DNA from: Malacoraja senta
Taxonomy: Eukaryota
DNA: 64,000 nucleotides
NCBI GenBank assembly: GCA_038087875.1
Contig: CM075977.1
Span: forward strand, 131,564,001-131,628,000
Reading direction: 5' to 3'
Part shown: one piece after another, positions 1 to 13,556 of the stretch
Layout: each line of letters begins with the position of its first letter
Position numbering within the stretch: the first letter of the stretch is position 1
Made by a program: the position numbers and the translations under genes
The notes under the pieces: model-generated
What the model was told of the DNA's origin: nothing
The model's database searches: none
What the model saw: only the letters and a program-made list of their open reading frames with translations

Positions 1-212
1 TTGAAACAGCTTGCAGGAAATGATAAATAATATAAGATAGTTCAACCAAGGATCTGAGCCTACCTTTTCTGTACTTCATGCATTAAACATTTCAACAACA
101 TACATGATCAATTTGCCCAAACTTTCCTGGGGAACATTTTCATATTTTTCTATTTTGGTATTAAATATTGATCTAGACAGAATGCCGAAACAAAAATGAG
201 ATGGAGTGAGCA

Positions 213-1295
213 ATGCTACTGCAATTACATTTCCCCAATGCCCTCACACTTACATGGGCCATGACTGATATCTCCCCCCCATTTCTCGATCTCTCTGTCT
301 CCATCACGGGGGACAGACTAAAGTCTGACACCTATTACAATTCCACTGACTCCTACAGCTCCCATTACGACACCTCCACCCACACTGCCACTTGCAAGGA
401 TGCCATCCATTACCCTCAATGTCTCCATCTCCACTGCACCTGTTTCCAAGATGAGGCTTTCCATTCTAACACATCCAAGATGTTATTTTTCTTTTGTCAA
501 CATGGCTTCCTCTGACTACTGCGCATGGAGAGCCCTCCGCCAGGTATCCTCTGCACCCCACCGTTCCGCTCTCACTCATGCTTCCCCCCCATCCTCCACC
601 CCACAGACGCAACATGGATATTCTTCAGCTTTCACCTCACCAGTCTATGCATACAACACATCATTCTCTGACAGTTCTGTCACCTTCATGTTCTCCCACC
701 ACCAGTCACATCTACCTGTCCCCACCCCATTTGCTTTCCACAGCAACCACTCTCTCTACAACTCTTTGATACGCTCATGCCCTCCCTCTCAACCCACCCC
801 CTCCCAAGGCATTTTCCCCTGCAACTACATGGGATGTTATGCATGTCCCTACACCTCCTCTCTCATTTCCTTCCAGTGATCCTTGCAGCCCTTCCAGGTG
901 AGACAGAGGTTCACAAATACCTCATCTATTGCATTTTGTGCTCCTGACATGGCTGCCCTTTACATTGATGAGACCCTCTTTCAACTCCCTCATGCTATCT
1001 TCCACCCACATTCCTCCTTCTGACAACTCACATCCTTTTCCTCTCTTATCTAAAACTCTCTACTTCCTTTTCACCTCCAGCCTTTATCACTTACTACATG
1101 CATCTGGTAGGTTCCACCCCCCCCCCCCCCCCCCGCTCACTCCACTCACCCATATTCACCGATCACTTGTCAGGCTCTACCCAATTACCACCTCTCTTTT
1201 CTAGCTTTCTCCTCCCCATTCCATCATTCTGAAGAAGAGTCCAGAGCCAAAACATTGTCCGTCCATCCCTCCACCAATGCTGCCTGACTGCCAAG
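213..1295 (+). mobile_element. Decayed Penelope-like retroelement 3' fragment (RT C-terminus, GIY-YIG remnant, terminal repeat)
   Basis: ORF 213-515 (LTWAMTDISPPFLDLSVSITGDRLKSDTYY...CKDAIHYPQCLHL) is colinear with the PLE ORF at 31303-31803 (YTWTISDTSLQYLDLTISIAGDRLLTDIHYK...CKDSIPYSQFLRL); degenerate CTGAAGA...AAAAC terminal motif near 1229-1255. Confidence 0.85.
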
Positions 1296-1462
1296 TTCCG
1301 GTGTCTGGGGAGAGGGCGGATTGAGTATCAATGGATGAGCATACCATGAGTTGCCGAAAGCAATCATGGTGGAGATGAGCAGGTGCAACTGGTGGTGGGG
1401 CCACTTGAAGTGGCGGAAGTGTCAGAGAATGCATTGTATGCCTTTTGCTTTAATCCCAATGG

Positions 1463-1705
1463 TGTGGAGGGACTCGCAGAAGTCCAGCCAGGAACGAAAT
1501 GGGACACAAAGTTTGTGTAATCAGACGGTGTTTAATGGTTCGTACAATTCTGCTCCTCACACCTGAAAAAGGCACGGGCGTTGCCAGACCTTAAATATCC
1601 CCAGGGGAGCCCCGTGACCTGCACCCCCCACACCGAGACACTTGACTCCTCCCTCCAAAACCGAGGGTTCGCTCTGCTCGTGGCTCACCACCAGGTGCCA
1701 CCTCA
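1463..1705 (-). mobile_element. Solo LTR (Gypsy-like)
   Basis: TG...CA termini flanked by ATGG on both sides (1459-1462, 1706-1709); minus-strand start TGAGGTGGCACCTGGTGG resembles the start of the Gypsy LTR at 28961 (TGTAGCGGCACCTAGTGG). Confidence 0.7.
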
Positions 1706-1786
1706 ATGGCCTAGTTCATCAATTCACACTATACTTCCATATTTTAAAATCTTACTTGCACTCCCTTAGGCTTCAGTAGGCTTGTG

Positions 1787-2400
1787 AGAATAGAATAGAA
1801 TAGAATACGTTTTATTGTCATTGCACAGCAACTGTACAACGAAATTTCAGTGCATCTCCTTCAGTGGTATACAAAAAAAAGGCACAGGATAAAAAGATTT
1901 AAAAGAACAAAAACACAATCAACCATTAACTCTCACATTTACCGACAAGATCAATGAATAAAATAAGTAAATAGATAGTAGAAATATTGCACATTATATT
2001 GCACACTCCAGCACACAACTTTTTATATTGCACCACGAATTGTGTTGTGTTGCCCGCAGTGTTATCTATTTGAGTTTAGTTCTTTAATGGCACATGGGTA
2101 GAAACTGTTAATTAGTCTACAAGTGCGGGCCTTCAGAGACCTTTATCGCCTCCCAGAAGGCAGCAGAGTGAAAAGGTGGTTGGCAGGGCGGAATGAGTCC
2201 TGTGTGATGTTTGTGGCCCGACGTAAACATCGGGCCCTGTAAATGTCTTCCAGGGAGGGTAGTTGAGTGTTTGTGATGCTCTGTGCTGTTTTAATAACTC
2301 TCTGTAGTGCCTTCCTTCCAGCCACAGTGCAGCTAGCAAACCACACCAGGATGCCATAGGAGAGGATGCTTTCCACGAAACGGACATTGTCAAAGAATTT
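1787..2400 (-). mobile_element. Rex1/Babar-like LINE 3' fragment with (TATTC)n tail
   Basis: ORF 2143-2424 ESILSYGILVWFASCT...RKALQRVIKTAQSIT...LPSLEDIY...LLPSGRR, typical RT C-terminal region of this clade; (GAATA)n at 1787-1807 on +. Confidence 0.8.
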
Positions 2401-2739
2401 AAGCCAAAGGATTAGAGACAGCACACAGTCCTGAAGCTGTCAAGCCAAGGTGTCAGCCAGCTTTGCAATTCAACAGTAAGGAAATACTTATTCATGAACG
2501 GTAATAGTACAAACAAATTAAATCTTTGCAAGTAGATTGAAAAGAAAGTAGAAAAGAAAAGATACAATATTTCTCCGATTTTTGTAGCGTGGATGGACAT
2601 TAATCTTTCAAGTGGAATTTCTTGTTCATCAGTAGAGTTCTAGTTCAAGGGAACTTCTGGCAGAATACAGGTATGATCTGATCAAGCTGACTAGGAAGCC
2701 ATTACAGAGTGTCTGCCACTTTCAAGGAACTGCACACTG

Positions 2740-3320
2740 TACATAGATACATAGATACATAGAAAATAGGTGCAGGAGTAGGCCATTCGGCCCTTCGAGC
2801 CTGCACCGCCATTCAATATGATCATGGCTGATCATCCAACTCAGTATCCCGTACCTGCCTTCTCTCCATACCCCCTGATCCCCTTAGCCACAGGATACGC
2901 CAAGATCCCTCTGCTCAACAGCTCTCCCCAGGGTCCAACCATGCACTGTGAAGGTTTTGTCTTGGTTTGACTCCCAAAATACAACTCCTCACCCTTATCT
3001 GCATTAAACTCCATAAGCCAATCTTCAGCCCACTTGTCCCATTGATCAAGAGCCTGCTGTAATTTTTTGTGTATTCACTGTCTATGATAGCACCCACTTT
3101 AGTGTAGTTTGCAAACTTACTAATCATACCTTGTATTTTATCATCCAAATCGTTGATGTGAACCACAAACAGCAATGAGCCCAGCACTGATCCCTGAGGC
3201 TCAGGCCTTCAGTCTGAAAAACATCCTTCCACCACTACCCTCTGCTTCCTTCCATGAAGCCAGTTTGCTAGCTCTCCCATGCGATCTAACTTTCCAGAGC
3301 AGCCTTCCATGTAGAACCTC
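2740..3320 (-). mobile_element. CR1 (HER1-like) LINE fragments: young 3' tail plus older RT piece
   Basis: (TACATAGA)n then GGTGCAGGAGTAGGCCATTCGGCCC tail; ORF 2915-3187 LGSLLFVVHINDLD...ISKFANYTK (decayed FADDTK). Confidence 0.8.
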
Positions 3321-3769
3321 AAAGATTCACAGCACAATTCAAAGAATTGTAAGAAAACACAGAGTGTTGGAGTAGCTCAACGGGTCAGGGAACATCTCTG
3401 GAGAAGATGAATAGGTGACATTTAGGGTTGGACCCATCTTCAGACTTCAAAGATCTTCAAATTGTTCTGTAAACCTATGATTTACAATATCAATCTTTAA
3501 GAGACTTTCATAAGCAATATTAATCCCTTGTTTCGGATATGTTCCAGTTGGTCCAACTGGATGGTCCAACTTCTAACTATAAGCCTGGGTAATATTGCAA
3601 ACAAAAGGAAATGGTTGATTTTGTGAATAATTGCTTCATTTATGCACCAAAGGAAGATAATAATACACCTGATGATCCAGAAAACCTAATCATGAATAAA
3701 TTACCTGAGCTCAGTCAAGTTAAATCAAGCAAGAAAAATAATGGCACAAAAGACTAATCTGTCTTAAGG

Positions 3770-4170
3770 AACTGTATCAGGATGTATCACAGCATGGTTT
3801 GGGAACAGCTCCATCCAAGACCGCAAGAAATTGCAGCAAATTGTGGACACAGCCCAGACCATCACACAAACCAACCTCCCATGTATTGACTCCATTTATA
3901 CCTCACGCTGCCTCGGCAAGGCCAGCAACATAATCATGGATGAGTCGCACCCTGGCCACTCCCTCTTCTCCTCTCTCCCATCAGGCAAAAGGTACAGAAG
4001 TGTGAAGACACACACCTCCAGATTCCAGGACAGTTTCCTCCCAGCAGTTATCAGGAAACTGTATCTTCCTACCACAACCAGAGAGCAGTGCTGAACACCC
4101 ATCTACCTCTTTGGTGACCCTCGGACTTTCCTTGATCAGACTTTGCTGGCTTTACCTCGCACTAAACGTT
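3770..4170 (+). mobile_element. Rex1/Babar-like LINE 3' fragment
   Basis: ORF 3831-4094 QQIVDTAQTITQTNLPCIDSIY...HPGHSLFSSLPSGKRYRS...RFQDSF. Confidence 0.8.
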
Positions 4171-4287
4171 ATTCCCTCATCATGGTTTTCACCCAAAAGT
4201 TTTAAAGGGTTCTTTAAATTGAAAATCAAACGAATACAACTCTATTATGGAAGAAAGATGCAAGAGAAGACAATAAGTGATATTCCA

Positions 4288-4486
4288 TGCAGGAAGGAAC
4301 TGCAGATGCTGGTTTACACCAAAGATAGACACAAAATGCTGGAGTAACTCAGAAGTTCAGGCAACACCTCTGGCGAAAAGGAATAGGTAACATTTCAGGT
4401 TTCAACCCGAAACAACACCTATTCCTTTTCTCCAAATATGCTGCCTGACCCATTGAGTTACTTCAGCATTTTGTGTCTATCTTCAG
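4288..4486. repeat. Palindromic short element built from two inverted PLE terminal repeats
   Basis: AAGATAGACACAAAATGCTGGAGTAACTCAG... and its near reverse complement ...TGAGTTACTTCAGCATTTTGTGTCTATCTT. Confidence 0.75.
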
Positions 4487-4614
4487 AAATGGTATTCCAT
4501 TTGGTTTAAGGATATTTAATTAGCTGAACACTCAAAAAAAATGTGATTACCAAGATGCATTGTGGATTCCTTATCTGTTGATCTTAACTGATTTTGAAAT
4601 TGTCACCAAAATGT

Positions 4615-5462
4615 AGAGATTATAGAACATAGAACAGTATAGCAAAGGACCAGGCCCTTTGGCCCAGAACGTCTGTGCATGTTGTGATGCCAAGACCATT
4701 TCTTATCTACCCGCACATAATCCACACGCCTATCCAAAAGTCTCTTCAATACCACTATCATATCTACCTTAACCACCACTCCCGGCAGCGTGTTCCAGGT
4801 ATTTACCATCCTCCATGTAAAGAAATTGCCCCGCACATTTTCTTTAAACTTTGCTCCTCTCACCTTAAAGCAATGCCCTCTAGTATTTGATTTTTCCACC
4901 CTAGGAAAAAGGTTCTGAACGTTTATATTATCAATATCTCTTATAATTGTATATATTTCTATCAGGACTTCTCACAAGCTCTGGAATTCCAGAGAAACAT
5001 GTTTGTTCAACCTCTCCCTGTGGCTAATACTTCATCCAGCCATCATTCTGGTAAAACTCTTCTGCACCCTTTCCAAAGCCTCCACATCCTTCCTGTAATA
5101 GGGCGACGAGAACATCACGGAATACTCTAAATGCAGCCTAACCAAAGTCTTTAAAGTTGCTTCATGATATCTTGAATCTTATGCTCAATGCCCCAACCGA
5201 TGAAAGCAAGCATACCCACTGCCTTCTTTACCAATATACCTACTTGTATTGCCACAGGGAGTTATTGGCTTGGTCATCAAGATCCCTCTGTACATCAATA
5301 CTGCTAAGGGCCATACCGTTAATTGTATGTTTTCCCCTTAAAATTGACCTCCCAAAGTGCAGTACCTCACACTTGCTCGGATTAGACTTCTCTGCCATTT
5401 TACTGCCCCATTCTGTAGCTGATCTATATCCTATTGTATCCCTTGACAGACTTCTTCACAGT
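4615..5462 (-). mobile_element. CR1 LINE 3' fragment, interrupted by the Gypsy element; resumes about 8208-8260
   Basis: ORF 4603-4899 TRGHCFKVRGAKFKENVRGNFFTWRMVNTWNTLP (CR1 ORF2 C-terminus); ISDLDVNVDRFVS after 8208; (ATAGAAC)n tail. Confidence 0.8.
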
Positions 5463-6044
5463 TGTTAGGCGCTTCCCCCCCTGGTGGTGATGCTATGTAC
5501 TTACCTTTATCTGTTTCTTTCCCGAGTGCAGGCCTTGTGGATGTGAGTCTGGAATCAAAGGGTTAAAAGGCTCCTGTACCCGATTGGCCAAGCTGCGTCA
5601 GGTGACGGGTGACTCATCTGAAGCTTATATACCAGAATGTCCCAGAATTCTCTCTCTTCGACGCCGACCCTGACTGAGAGCAGACTGCTGGGGTGAGCTG
5701 CAGAAGGCCTGGCCACATGGCATAGAACTTTGTGTACTTTCGCAATTACTTAATTACAACTATTGAATTTGGACGGATAGGGGCTGACCAAAGTGTTTTC
5801 GTGTTTTTGTTTCAGGATTATATATCTATAGGCAGGTTTTAGAGTCTCTAGTTCGACGGTCCATCACGTGGCTGGCCGGAGCACGGTTAAATTGTTTGTT
5901 AGTCCATCCTTATCCCTGACTGGGTTGTTTGAATCAGGTTTGGGTTTTGTGTTCCATTGTCTAATTAAACTATTTTTGAACTTAAACCTGGTTTTTGAAC
6001 TATGTTACGCGGCTCTGAAGAACCTGCTTTCGGGAGTCGTAACA
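5463..6044 (+). repeat. 5' LTR of Gmr1-like Gypsy element
   Basis: TGTTA...TAACA inverted termini, immediately followed by a PBS. Confidence 0.8.
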
Positions 6045-6047
6045 AAA

Positions 6048-6060
6048 TGGGGGCTCGTCC
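6048..6060 (+). promoter_or_regulatory. Primer binding site, tRNA-Pro
   Basis: TGGGGGCTCGTCC matches the first 13 nt of the canonical tRNA-Pro PBS, 3 nt after the LTR end. Confidence 0.85.
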
Positions 6061-6204
6061 TAAACGTTTTTGGGGGGAGGGGGGGTTTGGTAGGCTTCCG
6101 GTGACTAAGGTAGTCTGTGTTGTGTTGTGAGGGAAATTTTTCTTCTCTGTTTGTGATAGCATTGGTGCCCAGGGTTTAGCTCGTGGTTTGGAGCTACATT
6201 TGAA

Positions 6205-8207
6205 ATGGAATTTAAGGTGGAAGAGTTTGTTGAGACTCCTAGCCTACAGATGTTTCATCAATGTACTAAGGAAAATTCTACACAGCCAGTTCAGAACATG
6301 GAGGCCGTCATTAAACTGAAGATGGAGCTTGAGTCACAGAGAATGGCCTTAAAAAAGGATGAACTCATGCATGTTCTTGAAATGAAACGGCTTGAGGAGG
6401 AAACCAAAAGGGCTGAATTTCAGCTGCGGGAGAAGGAATTGGATGCCTCCCGGGTTCCTTCTAGGGAACGGGAGTTTGATATGAGCAAGAACATCTGCCT
6501 GGTTCCCCCCTTTAGTGAGAAGGATGTGGACAAGTTTTTCACAGTGTTTGAACGGGTGGCTTTGTCCTTGAAGTGGCCTAGGGACGTGTGGACCTTGCTA
6601 TTGCAGAGTGTCCTTGTGGGAAAAGCACGGGAGGTGTACTCGTCTTTGTCTGGTGACAGCAGTCTGGATTATGAGTGTGTGAAGTCTACAGTATTAAGGG
6701 CTTATGAATTAGTTCCAGAGGCGTACCGGCAGAAATTCCGGCGCTTTAAGAAGTTTGATAGTCAGACTTATGTGGAGTTTGCTAGGGAGAAGGAGGCACT
6801 TTTTGACAGGTGGTGCGCTTCTCAAGGAGTGAAGGACATTGGGCAACTGCGGGCCTTGATAATTATGGAAGACTTTAAGAACTGTCTCCCTCAGAGGGTT
6901 ACTACTTACCTTAATGAGCAGTAGGTGAATGAGGTGTCTAAGGCCGCGGTGTTGGCAGATGAGTATGTATTGACTCATAAAACTGATTTTGTTGGGCGCT
7001 CCTATAGTTTTGGTGCACGGCCGGTTGATTTTGGTGGTGTCGCCGGTGGCAGTGTCAAAGGTGTTTCTGTGCCTGCAAGTGGCAGCACGTTGATACAGGG
7101 GGAGGTCCGAGCTGATAAGGTTGACGGAAATTTGAGGACCAACGAAGGTCCTGTGTGCTACTATTGTAAAGGGAGAGGGCACATGTTAAAGGCATGTCCC
7201 GTTCTGAAGCAGAAAAATGCAAAGCCTGTGGCTTTGGTGGGTACACAGAAGGCACCTGTGGTACCTGGGGTCCCTGAGTCTGATGAGTGTAGGGATTATT
7301 CTGCATTCATCATGAATGGTTTTGTTTCTCTGGAGGATGGGGGCGATAGAGTTCCAGTATCCATCTTGCGTGATACTGGTGCTACTCAGTCCTTTATATT
7401 GGAGAGTGTACAGCCATTTTCTGCGGAATCATCGGTTGGGTCAAGTGTCCCTGTGGTAGGATTCGGGATGGATGACATGGTAGTGCCTTTGCATACCGTG
7501 AGTCTCGAGTCCGAGTTGGTTTCAGGCCGGGTAACTGTTGGGTTACGGCCGTGTTTTCCCGTTGGGGGAGTTTCTGTAATTTTGGGGAATGACTTGGCAG
7601 GAGGTAGAGTTTTAGTTACTCCTGAGGTGATGGCTGTTCCGATGGTGCAGAGTCCTGATAGATTGGCTATTCAGCATCCGAAGGTCTTCGCAGCTTGTGC
7701 TGTCACGAGGGCTATGGCTAAGAGCCAGGCAAAGTTTGAGGATGTAGTGGACCTGAGTGAGAGCATTTTGGGGGATCAGGATGAGGGATCCTGTGTTGTG
7801 AAGGGTGTTTCTACATCTCAAGATGGGATAGTGTCTGAAAATGGGCCGGTGTCGCTGTCACGGGACCGGCTGGTTGAGGAGCAGAAGAGTGATCCAGGTT
7901 TATCTGATCTGTTCGACTGCGCGGTGCCTGAGGGGGATATAGATTCCACAGCAAAGGGGTATTTTCTAAGGGAGGGCTTACTGATGCGAAAGTGGTCTCC
8001 CTTGGATGTATCTGGGCATGATGATTGGAGCATGGTTGATCAGATTGTGATACCTCGTCGGTATAGGGACGAGATACTCTGTTTGGCTCATGATGGTCCT
8101 CTGGGTGGACATTTGGGGGTCAATAAAACGTATCTTACGGAATTTTGTTTGGCCAGCGTTGAAAAAGGACGTGTAACAGCAGTGCAGGTGTTGTCACATT
8201 TGCCAGG
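6205..8207 (+). pseudogene. Gmr1-like Gypsy gag (SCAN-like region, CCHC)-protease-integrase N-terminus, 3'-truncated
   Basis: LVPPFSEKDVDKFF...YELVPEAYRQKFR...EDFKNCLP; CYYCKGRGHMLKAC; protease LRDTGA; then AHDGPLGGHLGVNKT with no intervening RT; in-frame TAG at 6922-6924. Confidence 0.85.
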
Positions 8208-8257
8208 TAACAGTCCACGACCTCACTAACAAACCTGTCTACGTTTACATCCAAGTC

Positions 8258-8259
<2 letters not shown>

Positions 8260-8302
<43 letters not shown>
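8260..8302. repeat. (TA)n microsatellite
   Basis: About 21 perfect TA units. Confidence 0.95.
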
Positions 8303-8306
<4 letters not shown>

Positions 8307-8469
8307 ATCTCACACACAGCAGTGGTCCCTGCACAGATCCAAGCAGAACTCCATTTGCCACAGACCTCCAGCCTGAATATTCTCCTTCTATTTAACCTAT
8401 ATTCTATCAGTAAGTGCAAAGCCAAAAACAAAGCCCCACGTCCCTAATGCCATCAAGGCAGTTTGGAGT

Positions 8470-8850
8470 TCAGTTTACTTGGTGTTTGTAGTGTTCAATA
8501 GCCTGATGGATGGTGGAAACATGCTGCTCCTGAACCTGGATGTTACAGTTTTCAGAGTCCTATACTTTCTTCCCGATGGCTGGAGTGAAATGAGAGTGTG
8601 ACTAGGGTGGTGTGGGTCTTTGATGATGCAAGTTACCTTTTTGAGGCAGTGTCTCCTCCAGATCCATTCGATGATGAGAAACTCAATACCCATGATGGAC
8701 TGGGCAGTGCTCACCATATTTTGCTATCTCCTTCATTCCAGGGTGTTCGAGCTACTGAACCAAGCCATGATGCAACCAGTTAAAATGCTCCCTACTGTAC
8801 ACCTGTAGAAGTTCCAGAGTGTATTCATCCACATACAGAATCTCCCCAAT
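8470..8850 (-). mobile_element. Rex1/Babar-like LINE fragment
   Basis: ORF 8475-8717 IIKDPHHPSHTLISLQPSGRKYR...RFRSSMFP. Confidence 0.75.
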
Positions 8851-9181
8851 TGAGGTTGGACATGCAAACATCCTCCTGATTCCTATCTACTAACCTCCTT
8901 CAATGGGTGAAGCAGTGCTCTCAACATTGAACAGCTCTTGGGAGAAGCAAGAAAGGACAGAGAAACTACTACTTGAGAAATGTCATGCCAAACTCAAAGA
9001 GGGGCATTCCAGCAATACCACTGGCTACACTGAGTAAATCCTGCAGAAGGTAACTGCCACTGGGTATGAGGCAGGTAGTGAGGAGACAAATAAAGCATAA
9101 AAAATGAAGAGTCGTTCACCTGACACAATTAATTTATTTCTCACTCACAGATGCAATTGACTTACTTAAATATTTACAGCA

Positions 9182-12100
9182 TTTTCTTTCTTTTTTTAAA
9201 TTTATATTAATTGTTTTTATTTTTATTTGAAGCTGTGTACAAAAATATAAACCGCGGCATATGACATAATACATTTATTGTACAGCTTCAATTTTAATTT
9301 TTAGCTAAGATGAAAAAGAAAAAGAGAGAGAAAGTGAAAGAGAAAGTGAATGTGTAAGAATAGAACCCCTAGACTACCAAATTGGTGTAGTCAAAGACTG
9401 AGTAAGTAAAATAAATGAGAAAAACATAAAGAAATAAAAAGACAAAAACAGAAAGAAAAACTAAAAGTGATGATATACCTGCTTCGTATCTCTCCCCACC
9501 CATCACCCAACCCGTAAGTCGGTTTAATTCCAAAGTTGTGTTGCACCATACTATCCTTGTAATGAATCAATGAATGGAATCCATGTCTTCGAAAATTGCT
9601 CTGTTTTTTCTGCTAAGACAAGTCTCATATTTTCAAGATGTAGCGTCTCAGACATGTTTGTAATCCACATTTTAAGAGTGGGGGCAGATGTATTTTTCCA
9701 AAATTTAAGTATTAGTTTTTTCGCCGTTATCAGGCCATAATTAAGGAAACGTCTTTGAAATATTGATTGCTCAGGGCAGGCTTCTGATGTTCCGAAAATA
9801 ATCAGTTCCGTGTGGGGGTCCATTTTTATTTTTAATATTTTTGAGAAAATTTCAAAAATTCCTTTCCAAAAGTTATGTAGTTTTATGCAAGAGGCAAAGG
9901 AATGTGTTATAGTTGCTTCTTGAAGGAGACTTTTGTCACAAATAGGAGATAAATTTGAAAAGATCTTATTCAGTTTAGTCTTTGAGTAGTAGAGTCTGTG
10001 CAGTGTTTTAAATTGGATTAAAATGTGTCTAACATTAATCGAACAATTGTGTATATATAAAAGCTTTTCTTCCCATCTGTCTTTGGGAATTTTTAGGCCT
10101 AGTTCCTCTTCCCAGTCTCTTCTAATTGCGTCTGACGATGGAATTTCTATATTTATACAAATATGATGTTAGATTGTTTGACTCTGAGTTTCTATTCATA
10201 CATTCGTCTAATATATCTGGCAGCAGAGTTTGATAGTCATGTTTTCAAATAGTCTCGAATTTGAAGATATCTAAAATATTGATTACCTTTCAGGTGGTAT
10301 TTCGACTGTAATTTCTGAAATGACAGAAGATTTCCCATCTCGTAGAGATCTCCAAGTTTTTTAATTCCTAGTCTTTCCCAATAAGTAAATGTTTTATCTA
10401 TAATAGATGGCTTAAATGAAGGGTTATTAGCTATTAGTGAGAGAAGAGATAAATTTCTTAGTTTAAAAGTTGATTTTACTTGTCTCCAGATTCGTAAAGT
10501 GCTGTGAATAATCAGATTTTTATCATATAGTGTGTTCTTCAACTTTGTTGGGGAGAGAAGAATCGCGCCTATATTAAAAGTCGAGCAATCCTCTCTCTCC
10601 ATTATTAACCAGTCTACCTGTTGGCATGCGTTATCCAGCCAGTAAATTACATTTTTAATATTCGTTGCCCAATAATAGTATAAGAAATTGGGGAGAGCCA
10701 ATCCGCCCGTTTCTTTGGGTTTGCATAGATGTCCTTTATGAATTCTATGTTTTTATAATTCCAGATAAACTTTGTAATCCGAGAATCAAGATTTAAAAAA
10801 AAAAATTTAGGTATGTATATCGGTATTGATTGAAATAAATAGAAAATTTGTGGGAGGAAGATCATTTTTATAGCATTTATTCTGCCTATTAGAGACATCG
10901 GAAGTGTTTTCCAAAATTGAATAAGAGCGTTTAATTTAGTAACTAAAGGCGGGAAGTTTGCATTGAATAAAGAAGTATATTTTCTGGTTACCTGAACACC
11001 CAGATATTTGAATTTTTCCTTAGCAATTCTGAAAGGGAATTTTAAAAGGTGTGTTGGCTCTTGAGGTTTTATTGCCATAATTTCACTTTTGTTCCAGTTT
11101 ATTCTATATCCTGAAAAGGAACCGAATTCCTCTATAAGATTTAATATATTTGGAATGCTAACTATGGAATTGGTGGTTTATAATAATACATCATCAGCAT
11201 ATAATGATATTTTATTATTGGAGTGTTTAGTATTATAATCATGAAAGTTCGGATGTACTCTTATACTTTCCGCTAAGGGTTCAATCACAAGGGCAAATAA
11301 CAGGGGTGATAATGCACATCCCTGTCTATTGCCCCTGGATAGCTGAAATTTAGGAGAGAGTATGTGGTTAGTCAGTATTCCGGCAGTCGGCCTATCATAT
11401 AATAATTTTATCCATGAAATAAAATTCTCTCCCATCTGAAAATTTTGCAGTACTGTGAAAATATACTTCCATTCTACTTGGTCAAATGCTTTTTCTGCAT
11501 CTAATGAAATAATTGATAAGTCTTCTTCTTTAGTTCTGTATGTGTACATTATGTTAAAAAGGCGTCTCAAATTATCAAACCCCGTTTGATCCGAATGTAT
11601 TAATTTATTAACGTATTTACTTAATCTTCTTGCCAACGTTTTTGCTAGTATTTTCTGTCCTGTATTTAGCAGGGTGATTGCTCTGTATGATCCCAGGTCT
11701 TCTTTTTTGGGTGTAAGTGTGATAGTTGATTCAGCTGGTGTTTGTGGTAATGTATGTCCTTTAAATGCGTATGTATAAAGATTGTGTAAACGTGGGGAAA
11801 TTACCTCGTAAAATCTTTTATAAAATTCGTTACTGAAACCGTCTGGTCCTGGTGTTTTACCGTTCTTCAATGAATTGATTGTCTCTTCTATTTCTTTAAT
11901 TGAATTGTGTGATCCTAATTCCTCTTGTTCCAGCGGATTAAGTGTTGGAAGTTTACAGTTGTCCAGAAAGTTTGTAATTTTTCTGCTTTCTGTTGCTGTT
12001 TTGGATGTGTATAAGTTTTGATAAAATTGGGCAAATCTTTCATTAATGTCTTTTGGAAGCGTTAACAGTTCACCTTTATCTGATATAATTTTTCGGATAG

Positions 12101-13540
12101 TCTGGTCCTTTTCAACTTTTCTCAGCTGGCATGCAAAAAGTTTGTGTGGTTTGTTTTGCTTTTCCTGTTTTGTAATTTGAAATAATCTAATAACTCTTGC
12201 AGAATTTGGTTTAGTTTAAATTTCAATATTGCTATTTTGTTGTGTTTATCTATAGTCGGATCTATCGCGTTTTCTAAATCAAGTTGTCTGATCTGTTCTT
12301 CTAGTTGCAATTGTTCCGTCCTATTCTTTTTATTTTGATAAGCTTGATATGAAATGATAGAACCTCTAATAAAAGCCTTAAAAGATTCCCATAATAGGGA
12401 GGGCGAGATATCTGGGGTATCATTGGTCTCAAAAAAGAGTTCCATCTGTTGTTTTAAGTATTTACAACAGTCCGGATTATTTAGTATTTGAGGATTAAAC
12501 CTCCAAAACGATTTTTTATTAAACATTCCTTCTAGTTTTAAGGAGAAGGTTAGCGGAGAATGATCGGAAATAGTACTATTATGGTATTTAGGGTTAGTTG
12601 TGAAGGGTATTAATTTAGTGTCCACTAGGAAGTAGTCAATACGTGTATAGGTTTTATGTACTGATGAGTAGAAGGAGTATTCTCTTCCGGCAGGGTTTGC
12701 AATCCTCCATACGTCTGTTATATTTGTATTTTTTATATACGTATTTAAAAGTTCACTGGATTTTGATTTTGTATTGTCTCTTGTTGAGCAGATTTATCGA
12801 GGTTTTGATCCAAAACGCAATTGAAATCTCCCCCGATTATCACATTTTGCTGAGTGGACTCAGAAATTATATTCAAGATTTTATTAAAAAATTGTGGGTT
12901 GTCAAAGTTAGGAGCATAAATATTTACCATGGTAAGTGGGGTAGAATGTATCTCCCCAGAGACTATGACATACCTCCTCTCTTTGTCTGCAATGGTGTTT
13001 TTATGTTTAAATGGTATGCCCTTACGGATTATAATTGCAGTGCCTCTGGATTTGGAGAGATAGGAGGAATGATTTGTTTGACCGATCCAATTGGCCTTCA
13101 GCCTGGTCTGAGCTTGAACTTTAAGATGTGTTTCCTGTAAAAATATTATGTTGGCATTGAGTGATTTTAATTGGGCAAGAATCTTACCCCTTTTAATTGG
13201 CTCGTTAGTGCCCCTAATATTCCAGCTACAAAACGTAATTCCTCCAGTTTTCTTTAGAGGGTCGTCTTGCATTGTAACTTACATTGGTTCCTTTATTTCA
13301 GATGGTGCAACACATTTATAGCATTTTCTGTTGCTCACCATTTGATTTGGGAATATATTAACGTTCTTTCATCATCACTAGGGTTAATCCAGTAGTGCCC
13401 CCCAACAGGATTGTAAAAGTACATAATTAAGAAGGCCTGCAACAGATCAAAAAGGAGATTCACCTCCCGCTTTTCAAGGGAAAATCAAAGACAAGCAATA
13501 AATATAATACTGGCCTTGTGCAGATCCAAGCAAAAGAAAA
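9182..13540 (-). mobile_element. L1-clade LINE, 5'-truncated, frameshifted ORF2 (APE endonuclease + RT)
   Basis: SWNIRG...FLQETHL...NIYAPN...GGDFN (12745-13272), SDHSP, KTPGPDGF, SLDAEKAFDQVEW, RQGCALSPLLF, YADD (11178-11870), KYLGV; A-rich tail near 9182-9197. Confidence 0.92.
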
Positions 13541-13556
13541 GAGAAAATTTGACTTA

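Noticed and set aside
6922-6924. Programmed gag-pol stop readthrough
   Set aside because: The stop lies inside gag before the zinc knuckle; a point mutation is the simpler explanation.
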